Assembly: GCF_006345805.1 (NCBI RefSeq)
Contig: NC_043010.1
Span: forward strand, 22,444,001-22,508,000
Length of the DNA stretch: 64,000 nt
Reading direction: 5' to 3'
DNA from: Octopus sinensis
Taxonomy: Eukaryota
Shown here: piece after piece, positions 12,696 through 26,118 of the stretch
How positions within the stretch are numbered: the first letter of the stretch is position 1
How the letters are laid out: each line of letters starts with the position of its first letter
The notes under the pieces: generated by a model
Databases searched by the model: none
What the model saw: only the letters and a program-made list of their open reading frames with translations
Told to the model about the DNA's origin: nothing
Position numbers and translations under genes: made by a program

Positions 12696-13589
12696 TTTAT
12701 TTTAGTCATACATTCTCTTCGTTGTTATCTTCGTTCTCGAAAGTGATGAAACAAGATTCTCTTAAACTTTAACCATTGTTTCTGCCGAGCGGATCCTCTG
12801 TGTAGAGCAATCATGGACAGACTACGACCCACAAATCACAAGCGACCCACGAGATTTTCTGGATCGGACACTTAACGAAAAGTTTCTTTGAATATCTTTA
12901 GTAATGCGGCCCGTCTGATGATGATCGATGTCTCATGCGGCACACTTCTCGAAAAAGATAGCCGAGGCCAGGCGTTGAGATTTCTTCAGCAGTTTTTGTT
13001 TAACCCTAGATTAGTTCTCAACAGCCCGCAGCCATGTTGTTCGTTATGTCTGATTGTGTACATTGTCCAGCGTGCCCTTCACTTCAAAGACGTTATAGTA
13101 TGTGATGAAATAGTGATTTGGCTGCTATTTCATTTGTAATTGCTGTTTAGTTCCATGATAACGTAGGTTCAAATCTGTGAGCAGGTGGAGCGTTGTGTTC
13201 TTGAATAATGTACTTCATATTGTGTTACCCCAGTCTACTGAGCTGTAAATGTGTACCAGAAGAGGTCTGGTGCAGCTTTATGTACCTCCATTCACCTGTC
13301 ATCTCCTGCATATACCGTTGTGCCCAATGAGTCGGATTACGCTGCAGTTTACTGCAGCTAAACACGCGTACGCTCAAGCCGTCACCTCCATACACGCACA
13401 AACATTGAATTTTGTTTTTACACGTATTTCACTGCGGCCTTGGTAACTCAGTGTCACGTGAATCAATCAAGCTAAATGAAACCTTACTGGCTAAAGTTTG
13501 AGAACAATCCGTAAATAAGTAGCAACGGTAGTAGTGGTGGTGGCGGCGTCGTCGGTAGTTGTAGTGGTGGTGGCCGTGCATGTTTTTGT

Positions 13590-14815
13590 TGTTGCTTTCT
13601 TCTTCTTCTTCTTCTTCTTCTTCTTCTTCTTCTTCTTCTTCTCCTCCTCCTTCCTCCTCCTCCCCATCCTCCTCCCCCTTCTCCTCTTCTTCTTCTTCTC
13701 CTCCTTCCTCCTCCTCCCCTTCCTCCTCCTCCCCTTTCTCCTCTTCTTCTTCTTCTTCATCATCCTCATCTTCTTCTTCTCCCTCCTCTTCCTCCTCCTC
13801 TTCTTTTTCTTCTTCTTTTTCTTTTTCTTCTTCTTCTTCTTCTCCCTCCTCCTCCTCCTCTTCTTCTTTTTCTTCTTCTTTTTCTTTTTCTTCTTCTTCT
13901 TCTCCCTCCTCCTCCTCCTCTTCTTCTTCTTCTTCTCCTTCCTCCTCCTCCTCTTCCTCTTCTTCTTCTTCTTCTCCCTCCTCCTCCTCTTCTTCTTTTT
14001 CTTCTTCCTCTCTTCTTCTTTTTCTTCTTCTTCTTCCTCTCTTCTTCTCTTCTTCTTCTTCTTTCTTCCTCTTCTTCTTCCTCCTCATCTTCCTCTTCTT
14101 CTTCTCCTCTTCTTTTTCTTCTTCTTCTTCTTCTTCTCTTCCTCCTCCTCCTCTCTTCTTCTTCTTCTCCTTCTCCTCCTCCTCATTCCTCCTCCTTCTC
14201 CTCCTCCTCCTCATCCTCCTCCTCCTTCCTCCTCCTCTCTTCCTCCTCCTCTTCTTTTTCTTTTTCTTCTTCTTCTTCTTCTCCTTCCTCCTCCTCTCCT
14301 TCCTCCTCCTATTCTTCTTCTTCTTCTTCTTCTTCCTCCTCTTCTTTTTCTTCTTCTTCTTTTCTTCCTCCTCTTCTTTTTCTTCTTCTTCTTCCTCCTC
14401 TTCTTCTTCTCCTTACTCCTCCTCCTCATTCCTCCTCCTTCTCCTTCTCCTCCTCCTCCTCCTCCTATTCTTCTTCTTCTTCTTCCTCCTCTTCTTCTTT
14501 TTCTTCTTCTTCTTCTTCTTCTTATTCCTCCTCCTTCCCCTCCTCCTATTCTTCTTCTTCTCCCTCCTCTTCAACTTCTTCTATTTCTTCTTCTTCTTCT
14601 TCTTCTCTTCCTCCTCCTCCTTCTCCTCCTCCTCTTCTTCTACCTCTACCCCCTCCTTCTGCTCCTCTTCTACTTCTTCCCCCTCATTCTCCTCCTCTTC
14701 TTATTATTCTTTTCCTTCTTCTTTTGCTGATTCTTCTTCTTCTTCTTCTTCTTCTTCTTCTTCTTCTTCTTCTTCTTCTTCGTCTTCTTCTTCTTCTTCT
14801 TCTTCTTCTTCTTCC
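13590..14815. repeat. About 1.2-kb (TTC)n/(TCC)n polypyrimidine tract
   Basis: Direct observation. It produces the spurious poly-E/S/F/R ORFs. Confidence 0.95.
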
Positions 14816-15099
14816 AATCAGGTCTCATGCCATTAGCCACAGCCATCACGCCATTAGCCATCTCTAATTCGAGCCTACTCTAAGCAACAAACAATGCATA
14901 TGGCAACTTGAAGATCCACCCACCAGACGCGATAGACTGGCGGTTGCACGGGCGCGAAAGCTCCGTTGTTATCCTCATTCCGTAAACGGTGGTTTCTAAC
15001 GGGTGGAGAGCTGAATCTTCCTGGGGTACAGAGGATTCGCAATCTAGACTAGAGTCTGAAAGTTTACCACACCATAGTGGGTTACACCATGGTTCCTCT

Positions 15100-15303
15100 G
15101 CTTTGTGGCAGGAGTAGGAAGAAAGAGTGAGAGAAAGTTGTGGTGAAAGAGTACAGTGGGATCCACCCCCACCCCCGTCGGAGACTCGTAGAGCTTAGAT
15201 GTTTTTGCTCAATGAACACTCACAATCCCCGGTCTAAGAATCGAAACCGCGTTCTTACGACCGCGAGTCCGCTGCCCTAACCACTAGGCCATTCCGCCTC
15301 CAC
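15100..15303 (-). mobile_element. tRNA-derived SINE family C, 5' part
   Basis: Reverse-complement head TGGCCTAGTGGTTAGGGCAGCGGACTCGCGG..GGTTTCGATT, homologous to 39680-40053. Confidence 0.8.
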
Positions 15304-15340
15304 TGTTGCTGCTCTTGTGGTGGCGGCCGCAGTAATTTTT

Positions 15341-15735
15341 TTTCTACTCTAGGCACAAGGCCCGTAATGTTTGAGGAGGGATCCCAGTCGATTAGATCGA
15401 CCCTAGTACGCAACTGGTACTTAATTTATCGACCCCGAAAGGATGAAAGGCAAAGTCGGCCTCGGTGGAATTTGAACTCAGAACCTAAAGACAGACGAAA
15501 TACCTATTTCTTTACTACCCACAAGTAGCTAAACACAGAGAGGACAAACAAGGACAGACAAACGGATTAAGTCGATTACATCAACCCCAGTGTGTAACTG
15601 GTACTTAATTTATCGACCCCGAAAGGATGAAAGGTAAAGTCGACCTCGGCGGAATTTGAACTCAGAACGCAGCGGCGGACGAAATAACACAAATCATTTC
15701 GCTAGGCATGCTAACGATTCTGCCAGCTCGCCGCC
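15341..15735 (-). mobile_element. SINE family B, composite head-body-tailA-body-tailB
   Basis: Same architecture as 37651-38052 and 44948-45345. Confidence 0.85.
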
Positions 15736-16607
15736 TTCCGGCATAATTGTAATAATAGCCAGCGCCACATCGGCGTTCTAACACGACTGCTGGCTGCCCT
15801 ATATCTCAGGTGTAAATATTGACCTCAAACTTATTATTGATATATCTGATCTCGATGGAGATGTTAAAACTAAAAACGTTCTTTTTTCTGTGTTACTACA
15901 ACACAGAACTATATTAAAGCTTTGTTGTGTGAAACCTTGTGAAACTGTTCCTTAATTACAGGTGCGTATTTAAATCTATATTTCATAGATAGCTGCTGGC
16001 ATCAGCATACTTGCTGAAATTACCTGAAATTACCTGTTACTGTTTTACTTTGACTTACTACAGTACTCACAACCATCTTATCGAATATTGTCAACTTTCT
16101 AACTGAAAGTAGGTTGATTCTCTACAGATCTCTGTAACTGGGTCACATGGTGGTGATGGTGGGGAGGATATTCGATTTGTTGTCGTGGTTCATGGTTTAA
16201 TCCAATGTTGCGTTCGCCGGCTAAAACTTTACATTCATTCATAAACCTTGTGAGAGCAAGACAAGACGAAAACTATATTGAATCCTAACGGAAAGATCGA
16301 ATCCGCCTGGAGTAATAGATTTAATCTGTGTCCTTGTTTCATTCCTCCACCTTCAGCCTCTCAGGTGACTTTATCGGGGTTCACTCAGGCGCAGGTATTC
16401 GGCCCACCTCCATTGTCCGAGGATAATACGATATATTGTTACCATGCTTCCTTCTTACAGCAACACAAGATTTAAGGTTTTTTTCCACAATTAACCCTCA
16501 CCCACATTGAAGCCCCAATCATAATTTATGGCTGCTGCTCTTTCACAGACTAAACTTTAACATATGAAATATTTGATAGATAGTGTTCTTGTATTTATAC
16601 ACTGATT

Positions 16608-16802
16608 TTAAATTTTGGCACAAGGCCAGCAATGTCTGGGGAAAGGGTAAGTCGATTACATCGACCCCAGAACTTGTTGATTCCAGAAGGATGAAAGGCA
16701 ACAATCAACCTTGGCAGAATTTGAATTCAGAATGTAAAGGCGGACAAAATGCGGCAAAGCCTTTTCCCCCGGTGCTGTAACGATTCTGTCAGCTCGTCAC
16801 CT
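16608..16802 (-). mobile_element. SINE family B, diverged
   Basis: Reverse-complement head and core recognisable. Confidence 0.7.
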
Positions 16803-16814
16803 TATTGTATTTAT

Positions 16815-17030
16815 ATAGTAGCAGTAGGCATCCGTCAGTCTCGAGAGGCCCTGAATCTGTCTGTGCTCAAAGAAAATCGTGTCAGCAGCTGATGGTGGAT
16901 CAGCGTCTGTTGTGGTTGTGCAAGCCCTTACGGGAGTGGCAGTCACGCATGCAGCGTCTGCATTTGGTGGAGCTGTCTGCTGGTGCTGGTGATTTTTCCT
17001 TCCGTCGAATGCGCTCTTCTTTGTATCTAT
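16815..17030 (-). mobile_element. RTE-clade LINE 3' end
   Basis: C-terminal CRRCMRDCHSRKGLHNHNRR zinc-finger-like motif, followed by a short 3' UTR ending CTCTCGAGACTGACGGATGCCTACTGCTACTA, typical of RTE-1/BovB-type tails. Confidence 0.75.
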
Positions 17031-17974
17031 AAACTGGAATCATTATGGGCAGGAAATAAGTGGTGCGCAGGACAAAATGCGTAAGAGTTTTCAATTACAT
17101 GACTTTATTATGTGAGTATTTGCCTGGCTTCAATAAGATAAGTACCAATGATATACTGGTTTCAGTCTAATTTCATTTTATAACTTTCCTATATTGTATT
17201 AATGTAAGATATATTTTTTTTAAATTTATGTGGAATATATTACATTTCCGGTTAGAGAAACACTTATAATTCATTTTGTCATAGGTGTTATTTTGCAATT
17301 CTTTTTCTTTGTTATTCGATATGAATTAGAAAAGTATTGATGTCAATGAATTGTCTACAACCTGACGAATATCAAATACCTCACTGTTTGATAAATAGAT
17401 GGGAATTCCAACATTTGACAGGCGCAATGTGTAGCATTTAATGAGTTTTCTATTCCCATGACAAATTTTAAAACGAGGCGAGGTCGCTAAAGTGCAGACG
17501 TGTCGTTGTGGAAAAGAAATATATTTTATCAACTTGTCTGGCGGCCATATTGAGATGTTTAAGTCTTTAGCTAAAAAAAGTTGGATGCCATCAAATGAAA
17601 AATGGAGATATTAATTCCAAAAATATTTGGTAATTAATTATCAATAAATAAATATCCGGCTTTAATCAGTTGATTTTTATCTCGAAGCGTGTGGTATTTG
17701 TGACTATCTGATATAGTTAACCACTAGCCTGTACAGCTATCATGCTTTTTGTTATTTATATATTCCTGTTGTCTGTGAGATTATATCAACTGTATTTATT
17801 TCTAAAAAGCATATGTATATTTATTCACTCGTACATTTGTATCAGTGCCAGTTTAAATCAACCAAGCATATTTCAACACTAAATGAAATGCTTGTATTAT
17901 TAGCTTCTTCTATATGCGATTCAACGTGCAATCGTCTAAGAAGAGTTATTCAATTGAATTTGTGACACCCTTCG

Positions 17975-18160
17975 GTCATGAATGACCATGGGATTGCACC
18001 TAGAAAGCTACCCTCCGAGGCACAAGTCTGGGCAAGGTTGTTTATGGAAGACCAGCAGTCGCCCATACATGCCAGCCTTCCCGATCCACGCCACTGATAT
18101 TATCCAAGGGAAAGGCAAAGGTCGATACAGCTTGGCACAAATGACATCGCACCTCATTTA
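17975..18160 (-). mobile_element. SINE family D 3' part
   Basis: Homologous to 25670-25830. Confidence 0.75.
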
Positions 18161-18164
18161 TTAA

Positions 18165-18468
18165 CGTGCAAGCGACAGAACACTCCACAGACACGTGTAC
18201 CCTTAAGGTAGTTCACGGGGAGATTCAGCGTGACACAGAGTGTGACAAGGTTGGCCCTTTGAAATACAGGTACAACCGAAACAGGAAGAAAGAGTGAAAG
18301 TTGTGGTGAAGGAGTACAGCAGGGTTCACCACTACCCCCTGTCGGAGCCTCATGGAGCTTTAGGTGTTTTCGCTCAATAAACACTCACAATGCCCGGTCT
18401 GGGAATCGAAACCGTGATCCTACTACCGCGAGTCCGCTGCCCTAACCACTGGGCCATTGTGCCTCCAC
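18165..18468 (-). mobile_element. SINE family C
   Basis: Collinear with 39680-40053. Confidence 0.85.
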
Positions 18469-18913
18469 ATTCAATTGAATAACATGCAAATATATACAAA
18501 TATATCAAAGACGACTTCATACTGAAGAGAATAGGAAACACACGTGATATATATTTGTTTCGTCATAATCCCATGTTCACTTGGCAGAGTTGTTAGTGAG
18601 TGGGACAGGTTACTTTGTGATAATTGTTCTGCCCCTGTCTAGTCTGTAAAGTAACAGTCCCGAAGTGGAGTTGATTATGCACAATCTCTCTCTCTCTTTC
18701 TTTCCTTCTTTCTTTCTTCTCTTTCTTTACCCCCTCTCTTTTTCTTTCCTCTTTTCTTCATTATCCCTTTCTCTCTTTCTCCTTCTCTACCTTTCTCCCT
18801 CTCCCTCTTCTCTGTTTCTTGCTTTGTGGAAGAAATCAACTGTGGTCAGTACTCCGCCAGGTCTTTAAAAAATGCCGAAAGCACGCCCTATTAAGTTTCT
18901 ACCACACACACAC

Positions 18914-18949
<36 letters not shown>

Positions 18950-19064
18950 TCCGATTCTGTCTCGAGTTGAAAACCCAAGGAAAGATTTAAAGCAATCAAT
19001 CGTTGGACATGTCCTGGTCAGTTGCATCCATTTATTGAGTACAGGAATTAATTGCGTCCATGGA

Positions 19065-19370
19065 ATGTTGTTTGTTCCTTATCAAGCCATGCCTCGCTCA
19101 TTAAGGCCTGTTTCCCAGTTTCCTTGGCGTATAGGTTCCCCACCTGGATGGGACGCCGGTCCGTCGCAGGTGAGCTGCAAGATGCAGGAGGGAAGAGTGA
19201 GAGAAAGTTGTAGCGAAAGAGTCAGCAGAAGTTCGCCACTACCTTCTGTCGGAGCCGCATGGAGTTTAGGTGTTTCGCTCATAAACACACACATCGCCCG
19301 GTCTGAGATTCGAACCCGCGATCCCTCGACCGCGAGTCCACTGCTCTAACCACTAGGCCATGTGCCTCCA
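19065..19370 (-). mobile_element. SINE with family C head and an alternative tail
   Basis: Head as in family C. Tail block GATGGGACGCCGGTCCGTCGCAGG (plus strand) resembles 29470-29540. Confidence 0.75.
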
Positions 19371-20121
19371 CGCGTCCATAGATTAATTGTACAATATGTG
19401 AAATAGCCGACTAGAACCAAGTGTGATTAGCTGGATAACTATTATTCGTATCGACACCACTAATCTGAGCGTACTGCATTCCTACGGGCTAGATAACTCA
19501 GTCCCATATAAAAAATAATATACATCATATTTATTGGGAGAAATTGTACATTCTGTTCCAATAACCACGATCTCTGAAGAGAGAAGGTGAAATACAGAGT
19601 CGTTCCCAAAATCAGGACAAAATATTTTGTGAAAGTATTTCAAACTTGAAATACGTTGGCCGGCGTTGCTTTCCGTCAAGAGCTCTCTCCATAGAGTATT
19701 GTAAAATTATACAAAACGTATTATTAATCTCCCTTTTAAATTCTACCAATGCCAACAGAGGGCACTACATCTCATCATCAGACTTCTATTAACTAACAAA
19801 AACCAAGAAGCGGTAATAATTGCATATATTATTTTGTTTCACAACATCCACTCCCAGACAGACAGAACAAATAAGCAACTTATAAAGGAAACGCGGAGTA
19901 ACTATGGAAAGAATCATGGACTTTACACTTATATATAAACTCTTCTAGGAGTATCGAATACTCTCTTTCCTTCTTTTATTCCAGGAATTTTACTGACTTC
20001 GTTCTCGTGTCTCCGAGCAAGCTAGAGTAACACACACAAAAGCTTTAGGGATTCATATTGGCCTCAGTATTTGTTTCAGCTTGCAACCTATTTTATCAAT
20101 CAATATTTTATCAATAGATTA

Positions 20122-20635
20122 GGCGGTGAGCTGGTAGAAGCGTTAGCACACTGCAAAATGCTTAGTGGCATTTCATCTCTTTCACGTTCTGTGTTCAAAT
20201 TCTCCAAAGGACGAATTTACCTTTTATCCGTCCAGGATCAATAAAATAACAGTTGAACGTTACTGGGATTGATGTTATCGATTTAACTCTTCTCCTGGAA
20301 TTACTGGCCTTGAATCAAAACGTAAAACTAATATTTTATCAATTGCTAAAATACGTTACCATGGCACAACACCAAATAACGTCTTTGCAGTTTCCGTCTA
20401 ATACTTATACACATAAATTCAGGCGGTGAGCTGGCACAATCGTTAGAACGCCGGGCGAAATGTTTCGAGGTACTTCGTCTGTCTGCACGTTCTGAGTTCA
20501 AATTCCACCGAAGTTGACTTTGTCTTTCATCCTTTCGGGAGTCGATATCTTAAGTACCACTTGAACACTCTGGCCGATTCAATCGACTGGTCCCGTACCC
20601 CCGAAATTTCTGGCCGTGTGCCAGATTTTGAAACT
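20122..20635 (+). mobile_element. Two diverged SINE family B copies (20122-20330 and 20422-20635)
   Basis: Both start AGGCGGTGAGCTGG and carry the core. Confidence 0.75.
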
Positions 20636-20775
20636 AATATTTATTCTCTTAGATGATTGATCAACCAGTAATCAAAATAGAAAACTCTTCCGAACGAACT
20701 CTGAATAAGTGTTTTTCTCAAAAACCACAAAGGCGAATTTTTGTGTAATTCGAGGGAAGCATAACTGTTATTTCT

Positions 20776-21010
20776 TATTTCTTTATTGCCCACAAGGGGC
20801 TACACACAGAGGGGACAAACAAGGACAGACATACGGATTAAGTCGATTATATCGACTCCACTGCGTAACTGGTACTTATTTAATCGACCCCGAATGCATG
20901 AAAGGCAAAGTCGACCTCGGCGGAATTTGAACTCAGAACGTAACAGCAGACGAAATACCACTAAGCATTTCGCCCGGCGTGCTAACGTTTCTGCCAGCTC
21001 GCCGCCTTCT
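20776..21010 (-). mobile_element. SINE family B with 14-bp target-site duplication
   Basis: TAACTGTTATTTCT at 20762-20775 and 21011-21024. Confidence 0.88.
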
Positions 21011-21854
21011 TAACTGTTATTTCTAACTGTTAACTTCATATTCATGTTATTTCTACAAGAACCATTGACCAGGTGGAAGTTTAGTAATTAGATTTCAGTT
21101 ACTCTGTAAATTTACACGGTGAATGACACGCAGCAAAAGAAGTCACGTGAACAAAATTAAATGCAGAAATTAACCACCGTACCTTATATTCGACCGCCTG
21201 ATGATGTTACCACTCAGAAAGTACGATCTCGTTTTACATTAATATCTTCCAATAAAATCCATTGTAACTGTGTTGTTGACAATATTACTATCGATCAACT
21301 TACCAATCTGCTTACCAGTCAATAATTATCTTGCTTTACGGCTTCATCTTTTTCCATAGAGAAACCTGTACCAACAAGTTTGCCCATTAATTTTCCTTTT
21401 TATATCTCTTCTGCTATCCACCAGTAACTCGTTCTTCAAGGACACTGCTACAAAATAACATTCGAACAGAATTAGTACAGCATAATGTTTTATGGGTTTG
21501 GGCCATCTTTTATCATGCCTAGATGAAAGAGATGGAGAGAAAGAAAGCGCGAATGTTAGAGATAAACACACACACGAAGAGAGACAGTAAGAGAGAGAGA
21601 GAGAAGGAGGAAACGAACAAAGCGTTACCCATCATACTATTGCATTATCCTCTGAAATCCAATTCAACAGAATTGTGCTGCATTCATAAGATATGCTATA
21701 ACCTAGTTTTAATATAAAAGCCGTATGTAAAGCAAGCTCGTTATACCAGTTTTCACCTCTCACTTGCGACTTTCTTCTTTAACTTACCGTATGAAATAAG
21801 CATAATTATTAGACTGCAAGACTTAACAGCCATTTAAAGAAAGACGTGGACGGA

Positions 21855-22510
21855 ACTAATAACGGTTATTGTGGGTGGTATGGCAAGAAATTTGCTTCCA
21901 AACCATATAGTCCTGTGTTCGGTCCCACAGCGCAGCAACTTGGGCAAGTGTCTTTTATTATAGCGTCAGGCCGACCAAAACCTTGTGAGTGGATTTGGTG
22001 GACGGAAACTGAAAGAAGCCCGCCGTATATATATATGTATGTCTGCGTGTGTGTGAAGAGAGATGCAGTTAACAAATTAAATCTAAATTAAATATATCTT
22101 GGGTTTGAATTATTTCTTTTTATCTGCATAATTGCCTCCATATCGGTTCCTCACCTTGGTTCCTCTAATAGCAACACTTTACCCGACCGAATTGGTCCCT
22201 CATAAAGACATCACAGTCTAAGTTCGAACCATTTGAGCTCTATACCAAGAATCTCTGGATTTCATCTGTTTACTATAGATATATAGATATATAAAGATAT
22301 AGATATAAGTGTGTTTTGTGCCTTTGCTTGTCCTTCAACGCTTGACAACCGGTGTGGGTGTGTTTGCATCTCCCGTTCCCGTAACGCAGCGGTTCGGCAA
22401 AAGAGACCAATAGAATAAGTACCAGGCTTTAAAAAATGTACGGGTTCGATTCATTTGACTAAAATCCTTCAAGGTGATGCTCCAGCATGGCCGAAGTCTA
22501 ATGACAATTA
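21855..22510 (+). mobile_element. SINE family A, diverged, halves separated by about 270 bp of unrelated sequence
   Basis: Head half about 21855-22030 and tail half about 22310-22510. Confidence 0.7.
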
Positions 22511-22579
22511 CAATGCAAAATATAAAAGATAGTGGAATAATCCAAACTCCAATATTCATTATCAAAAGAGGACTTGTAT

Positions 22580-23106
22580 ATATCAATATACCCCCTCTCT
22601 CTTTCACTCTCTCTCACTCTGTATACCCCTCTCTCCTTCATTTTATATCCTCCTCTCTCACTCTGTTATCCTCTCTCTCTCAGTCTCTTTCCTTCTCTCT
22701 CTCTTTCACTCTTTATCCTCTCTTCCCCTCTCTTTAACTCGCTATTCTACTCTCTCTCTCTCACTCTTTATACTCTCTCATTCTATATCCCCATCTCTTC
22801 CACTCTCTACTTCTCTCTCTCTCTCTGTGTATCGCCCCTTTCTATCTCTCACGCTATTATCCTCTCTCTCTCTCTCTCTCTCTCTGCCACTTTTTTCCTC
22901 TCTCTCTCTTTCACTCTTTATTATATCTCCCCTCTCTAACTCTATCCTACTTTCTCTCTCTCTCTCTCTCTCTCTTTATGCCCTTTCATTCTCTATCCCC
23001 ATCTCTTTCACTTTCTATCCCTTTCTCTCTTACTTTCTATCCCCTCTCGCAATATCTATCCCCTCTTTCTCACTCTCTGTAATCCTCTCTTCACACTCTC
23101 TATCCC

Positions 23107-23148
<42 letters not shown>

Positions 23149-23150
23149 TA
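22580..23150. repeat. (CT)n-rich degenerate tract
   Basis: Direct observation. Confidence 0.9.
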
Positions 23151-23340
23151 ATGTTATTCATATCTTAGGCTCCCCTTGTCCCTACTCCGAGTTTTCCCAT
23201 ACTGTCAGAATTTCCTTCTCTCGACTGTCTATTTGACATTTGGCATTTTCGAAACTTTGTTATCTTAAATATCTCAATTATCGATTACATAATGCGTAGG
23301 AATCTATCAATATGATAGTTGTTTATGGTAGTTGTTTATC

Positions 23341-23425
23341 AGTATTGGTCAGTGTTGGTCAGTGTTGGTTAGTGTTGGTCAGTGTTGGTCAGTGTTGGTT
23401 AGTGTTGGTCAGTGTTGGTCAGTGT
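23341..23425. repeat. 10-bp minisatellite AGTGTTGGTY, about 8.5 units
   Basis: Final base pattern C,C,T,C,C,T,C,C. Confidence 0.95.
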
Positions 23426-24311
23426 ACTGCTATATCTGTTGCCCAGGTCAGTTGCACGAGAAATGGAACATATCCATGCTGCCTTCTCAGTCATGCAACA
23501 AAAGTCAGAGATGATCTCCGAGTGTAGACACTAAACTAAGCAACTTCTACAGAAACTTCTTTCTAAGTGGATGAGATTTTGCAAGGGGCGCTATCTGATA
23601 GTACACTGATATTAAATGTAGTTATATTCTGGCCAACACTACCCAGTAAAAGATATAAAGGCATTCATCACATCGTCATTATAGATACCATTATCAGCAT
23701 GACCATCGGTGTCAACGTCATTTTGACACCACTATCATCATTATCATCATTATCATCATTAACATCATCATCATCATCATCATCATCGTCATCATCTTGG
23801 TCATCGTGGTCGTCGTCGTCGTTGTCAACATAATAATCGTCGTCGTCATCGTCAACATCATAATCATCATCGTCATCATCGTCGTCAACATCATCATCAT
23901 CTCCTTCTTCAGCATCTACTTCTTTTGATGTAATGTTACGTTTTCCAATTAAGCAAACATAAAAAAAAACAAATAAAGAATAAATACATATTAAAAATGC
24001 ATAATAAATGAATAAATATTAAAAACATAAACAGCAAATCCAAATAGATACACAAACATATGAAAAAGAAACAAACGAACATATAATTAAAGACTGTAAT
24101 TTTTAATGTAAACAGATGACTGTTTGTTAACAAGAAAGTAATTATGAAAGAAAACACGGCCGAGAAATTTACATATTTTATGTATGTATTTCTGCGCTTG
24201 CGTCATTTCATTAATCTTGTCCAACGTAAGTTCATTAAATACACATATATTCATATGTATGCGCATACATATATATGCGTAAATGAATACACACACGCAC
24301 ACACGTATGTA

Positions 24312-24386
<75 letters not shown>

Positions 24387-24613
24387 GGGGAGGGCGAAAA
24401 AAAGAGGAAACGAGATGGATATAAACGCACGCATACACAGAAATATGCAACCACAGGAAGCTGCATGCCTTAAATATATGTTACGTACACAACTCACTAC
24501 ATAAATACTTACACACACATTCACACACACACATGCATACACACCTACATATGTACCCGTACCTACATACTTACGTATTATCTCTCTCTATCTATCTATC
24601 GATTTATCTATCG

Positions 24614-24659
<46 letters not shown>

Positions 24660-24697
24660 ATATATATATATCTATCTATATATATATATATATATAT

Positions 24698-24790
24698 CAG
24701 CATGACCATCGGTGTCAACATCATTTCGACATCAACATCATTTCGACATCAACATCATTTCGACATCAACATCATTTCGACATCAACATC
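24698..24790. repeat. 17-bp tandem repeat CATCAACATCATTTCGA, about 4 units, on a locally duplicated anchor
   Basis: TTTCGAC at 24724, 24741, 24758 and 24775. The anchor CAGCATGACCATCGGTGTCAAC also occurs at about 23696. Confidence 0.9.
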
Positions 24791-24914
24791 ATCAGCATTG
24801 CCATCGTCGTTGTCAACAATATCATCATCATCATCATTATCAACATCATCATGATCATGATCGCCATGATAGATCGCTAGCCACTATTTTCTCTCCCTCT
24901 TTATTTCTGTGTTC

Positions 24915-24950
24915 CTTTCTATAGAAGAGCGTAGGGTCGAAACGTAAAAG
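24915..24950 (+). ncRNA. Decayed minimal hammerhead-like motif
   Basis: CTTT, CTATAGA (2 core mismatches), A, GAGC gtag GGTC, GAAAC GTA, AAAG. Geometry matches 30574-30608. Confidence 0.45.
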
Positions 24951-25344
24951 ACTTTCTCACTTCCCGAGCGTTAAACTAATACATCTGTTTGTTTTGTACA
25001 CCACCTGTCTTCGTCTTTTTTTTTTTTAATTCTCACTATATATATTCGTATATATTGGACAAATACAATTTTGTGGAATGTCATAGAACTTAAATTCTTG
25101 ATTTATTTAATTAATTTCCGTTTCTAGATGTGTCAAAATGAGCAAATTGGTACTGAAACCAACTCCATATAAGAAGAGGAGATAATCTGAAGAATCAAGA
25201 GTCTGTTATAAAGTATTTAATATACCTGTATTAGTCTGTTATTCCTATTGATACAACTGAGAGTATAAGCTTAGAGCTGAATAGTTATGATGAAAACAGT
25301 CTCCTACAGCTGTTTCTAGAAGAGTCAAGAGTATGGATCATGAG

Positions 25345-25532
25345 ATTCTTTTCTACCCTAGGCACAAGGCCCGAAATTATGGGGGGAGGAGCCAGTCGAT
25401 TAGATCGGCCCTAGTGCGCAACTGGTATTTAATTTATCGACCGCGGCGTAATTTGAACTCACAACGTAAAGACAGACGAAATACTGTTAAGCATCCCACC
25501 CGGTGTGCTAACGTTTCTGCTTGCTCGCCGCC
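25345..25532 (-). mobile_element. SINE family B with internal deletion
   Basis: Reverse-complement head and tailB. Confidence 0.75.
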
Positions 25533-25669
25533 TTATGTGGCTTGGGATATTGAGTAAGGATTTCATTAGCCAAGTATCGCGTCATCGATATATAGAAATA
25601 TGTATATATATAGAAATATGTATATATAGAAATATGTATATATATATATATATATATATCCTGAGACCC

Positions 25670-25958
25670 CTTTCGTTCATGACTGACCATGGGATTGCAC
25701 CAAGAAAATTACCCTTCTAGGCACAAGTCCGAGCAAGCTTGTTTTTGGAAGACCAGCAGTCGCCCATGCATGCCAAGGGAAAGGCAAAGGGGGCCGATAG
25801 ATCTTGGCACCTGTGACGCCGCAATTCATTTCTACAGCTGAGTGAACTGGAGTAGCGTGAAATAAAGTGCCTTGCTCAAGAACACAACACACAGCCCGGT
25901 CCGGGATTCGAACTCACAACCTCACGATCGTAAGCTCGACGCTCTAACCACTGAGCCA
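25670..25958 (-). mobile_element. tRNA-derived SINE family D (Meta-SINE-like central segment)
   Basis: Reverse complement ATGGCTCAGTGGTTAGAGCGTCG..GAGTTCGAATCCC, then TTGTGTTCTTGAGCAAGGCACTTTA. Confidence 0.8.
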
Positions 25959-25993
25959 TTTTATACATAATACATACATACATCTTTGACAAG

Positions 25994-26118
25994 CCATAGC
26001 TCTCATGACATGCCGCATGTCCTTTTTGGACATTATGGATACCATCCCGCCGTCACTCTCCATCAGTGACCACAGTTGCTCCCTTTCTGAAAGAGACCTC
26101 GACGGAACAGAAGCGCGG
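25994..26118 (+). CDS. Candidate exon, unknown product
   Basis: Open frame IALMTCRMSFLDIMDTIPPSLSISDHSCSLSERDLDGTEAR ending at CGG|GTATGA. The acceptor is weak. Confidence 0.2.

Noticed and set aside
13429-14861. Long ORFs (261, 398 and 418 aa) rich in E, S, F or R
   Set aside because: Translations of the TTC/TCC tract in several frames on both strands, with no domain content.
23341-23425. Regular short repeat considered as a CRISPR-like array
   Set aside because: No unique spacers, and the context is eukaryotic.
25900-25958. Apparent tRNA genes at SINE heads (here and at 3188, 15303, 40053, 53535)
   Set aside because: They have A/B boxes but no complete cloverleaf, and they continue into SINE bodies.
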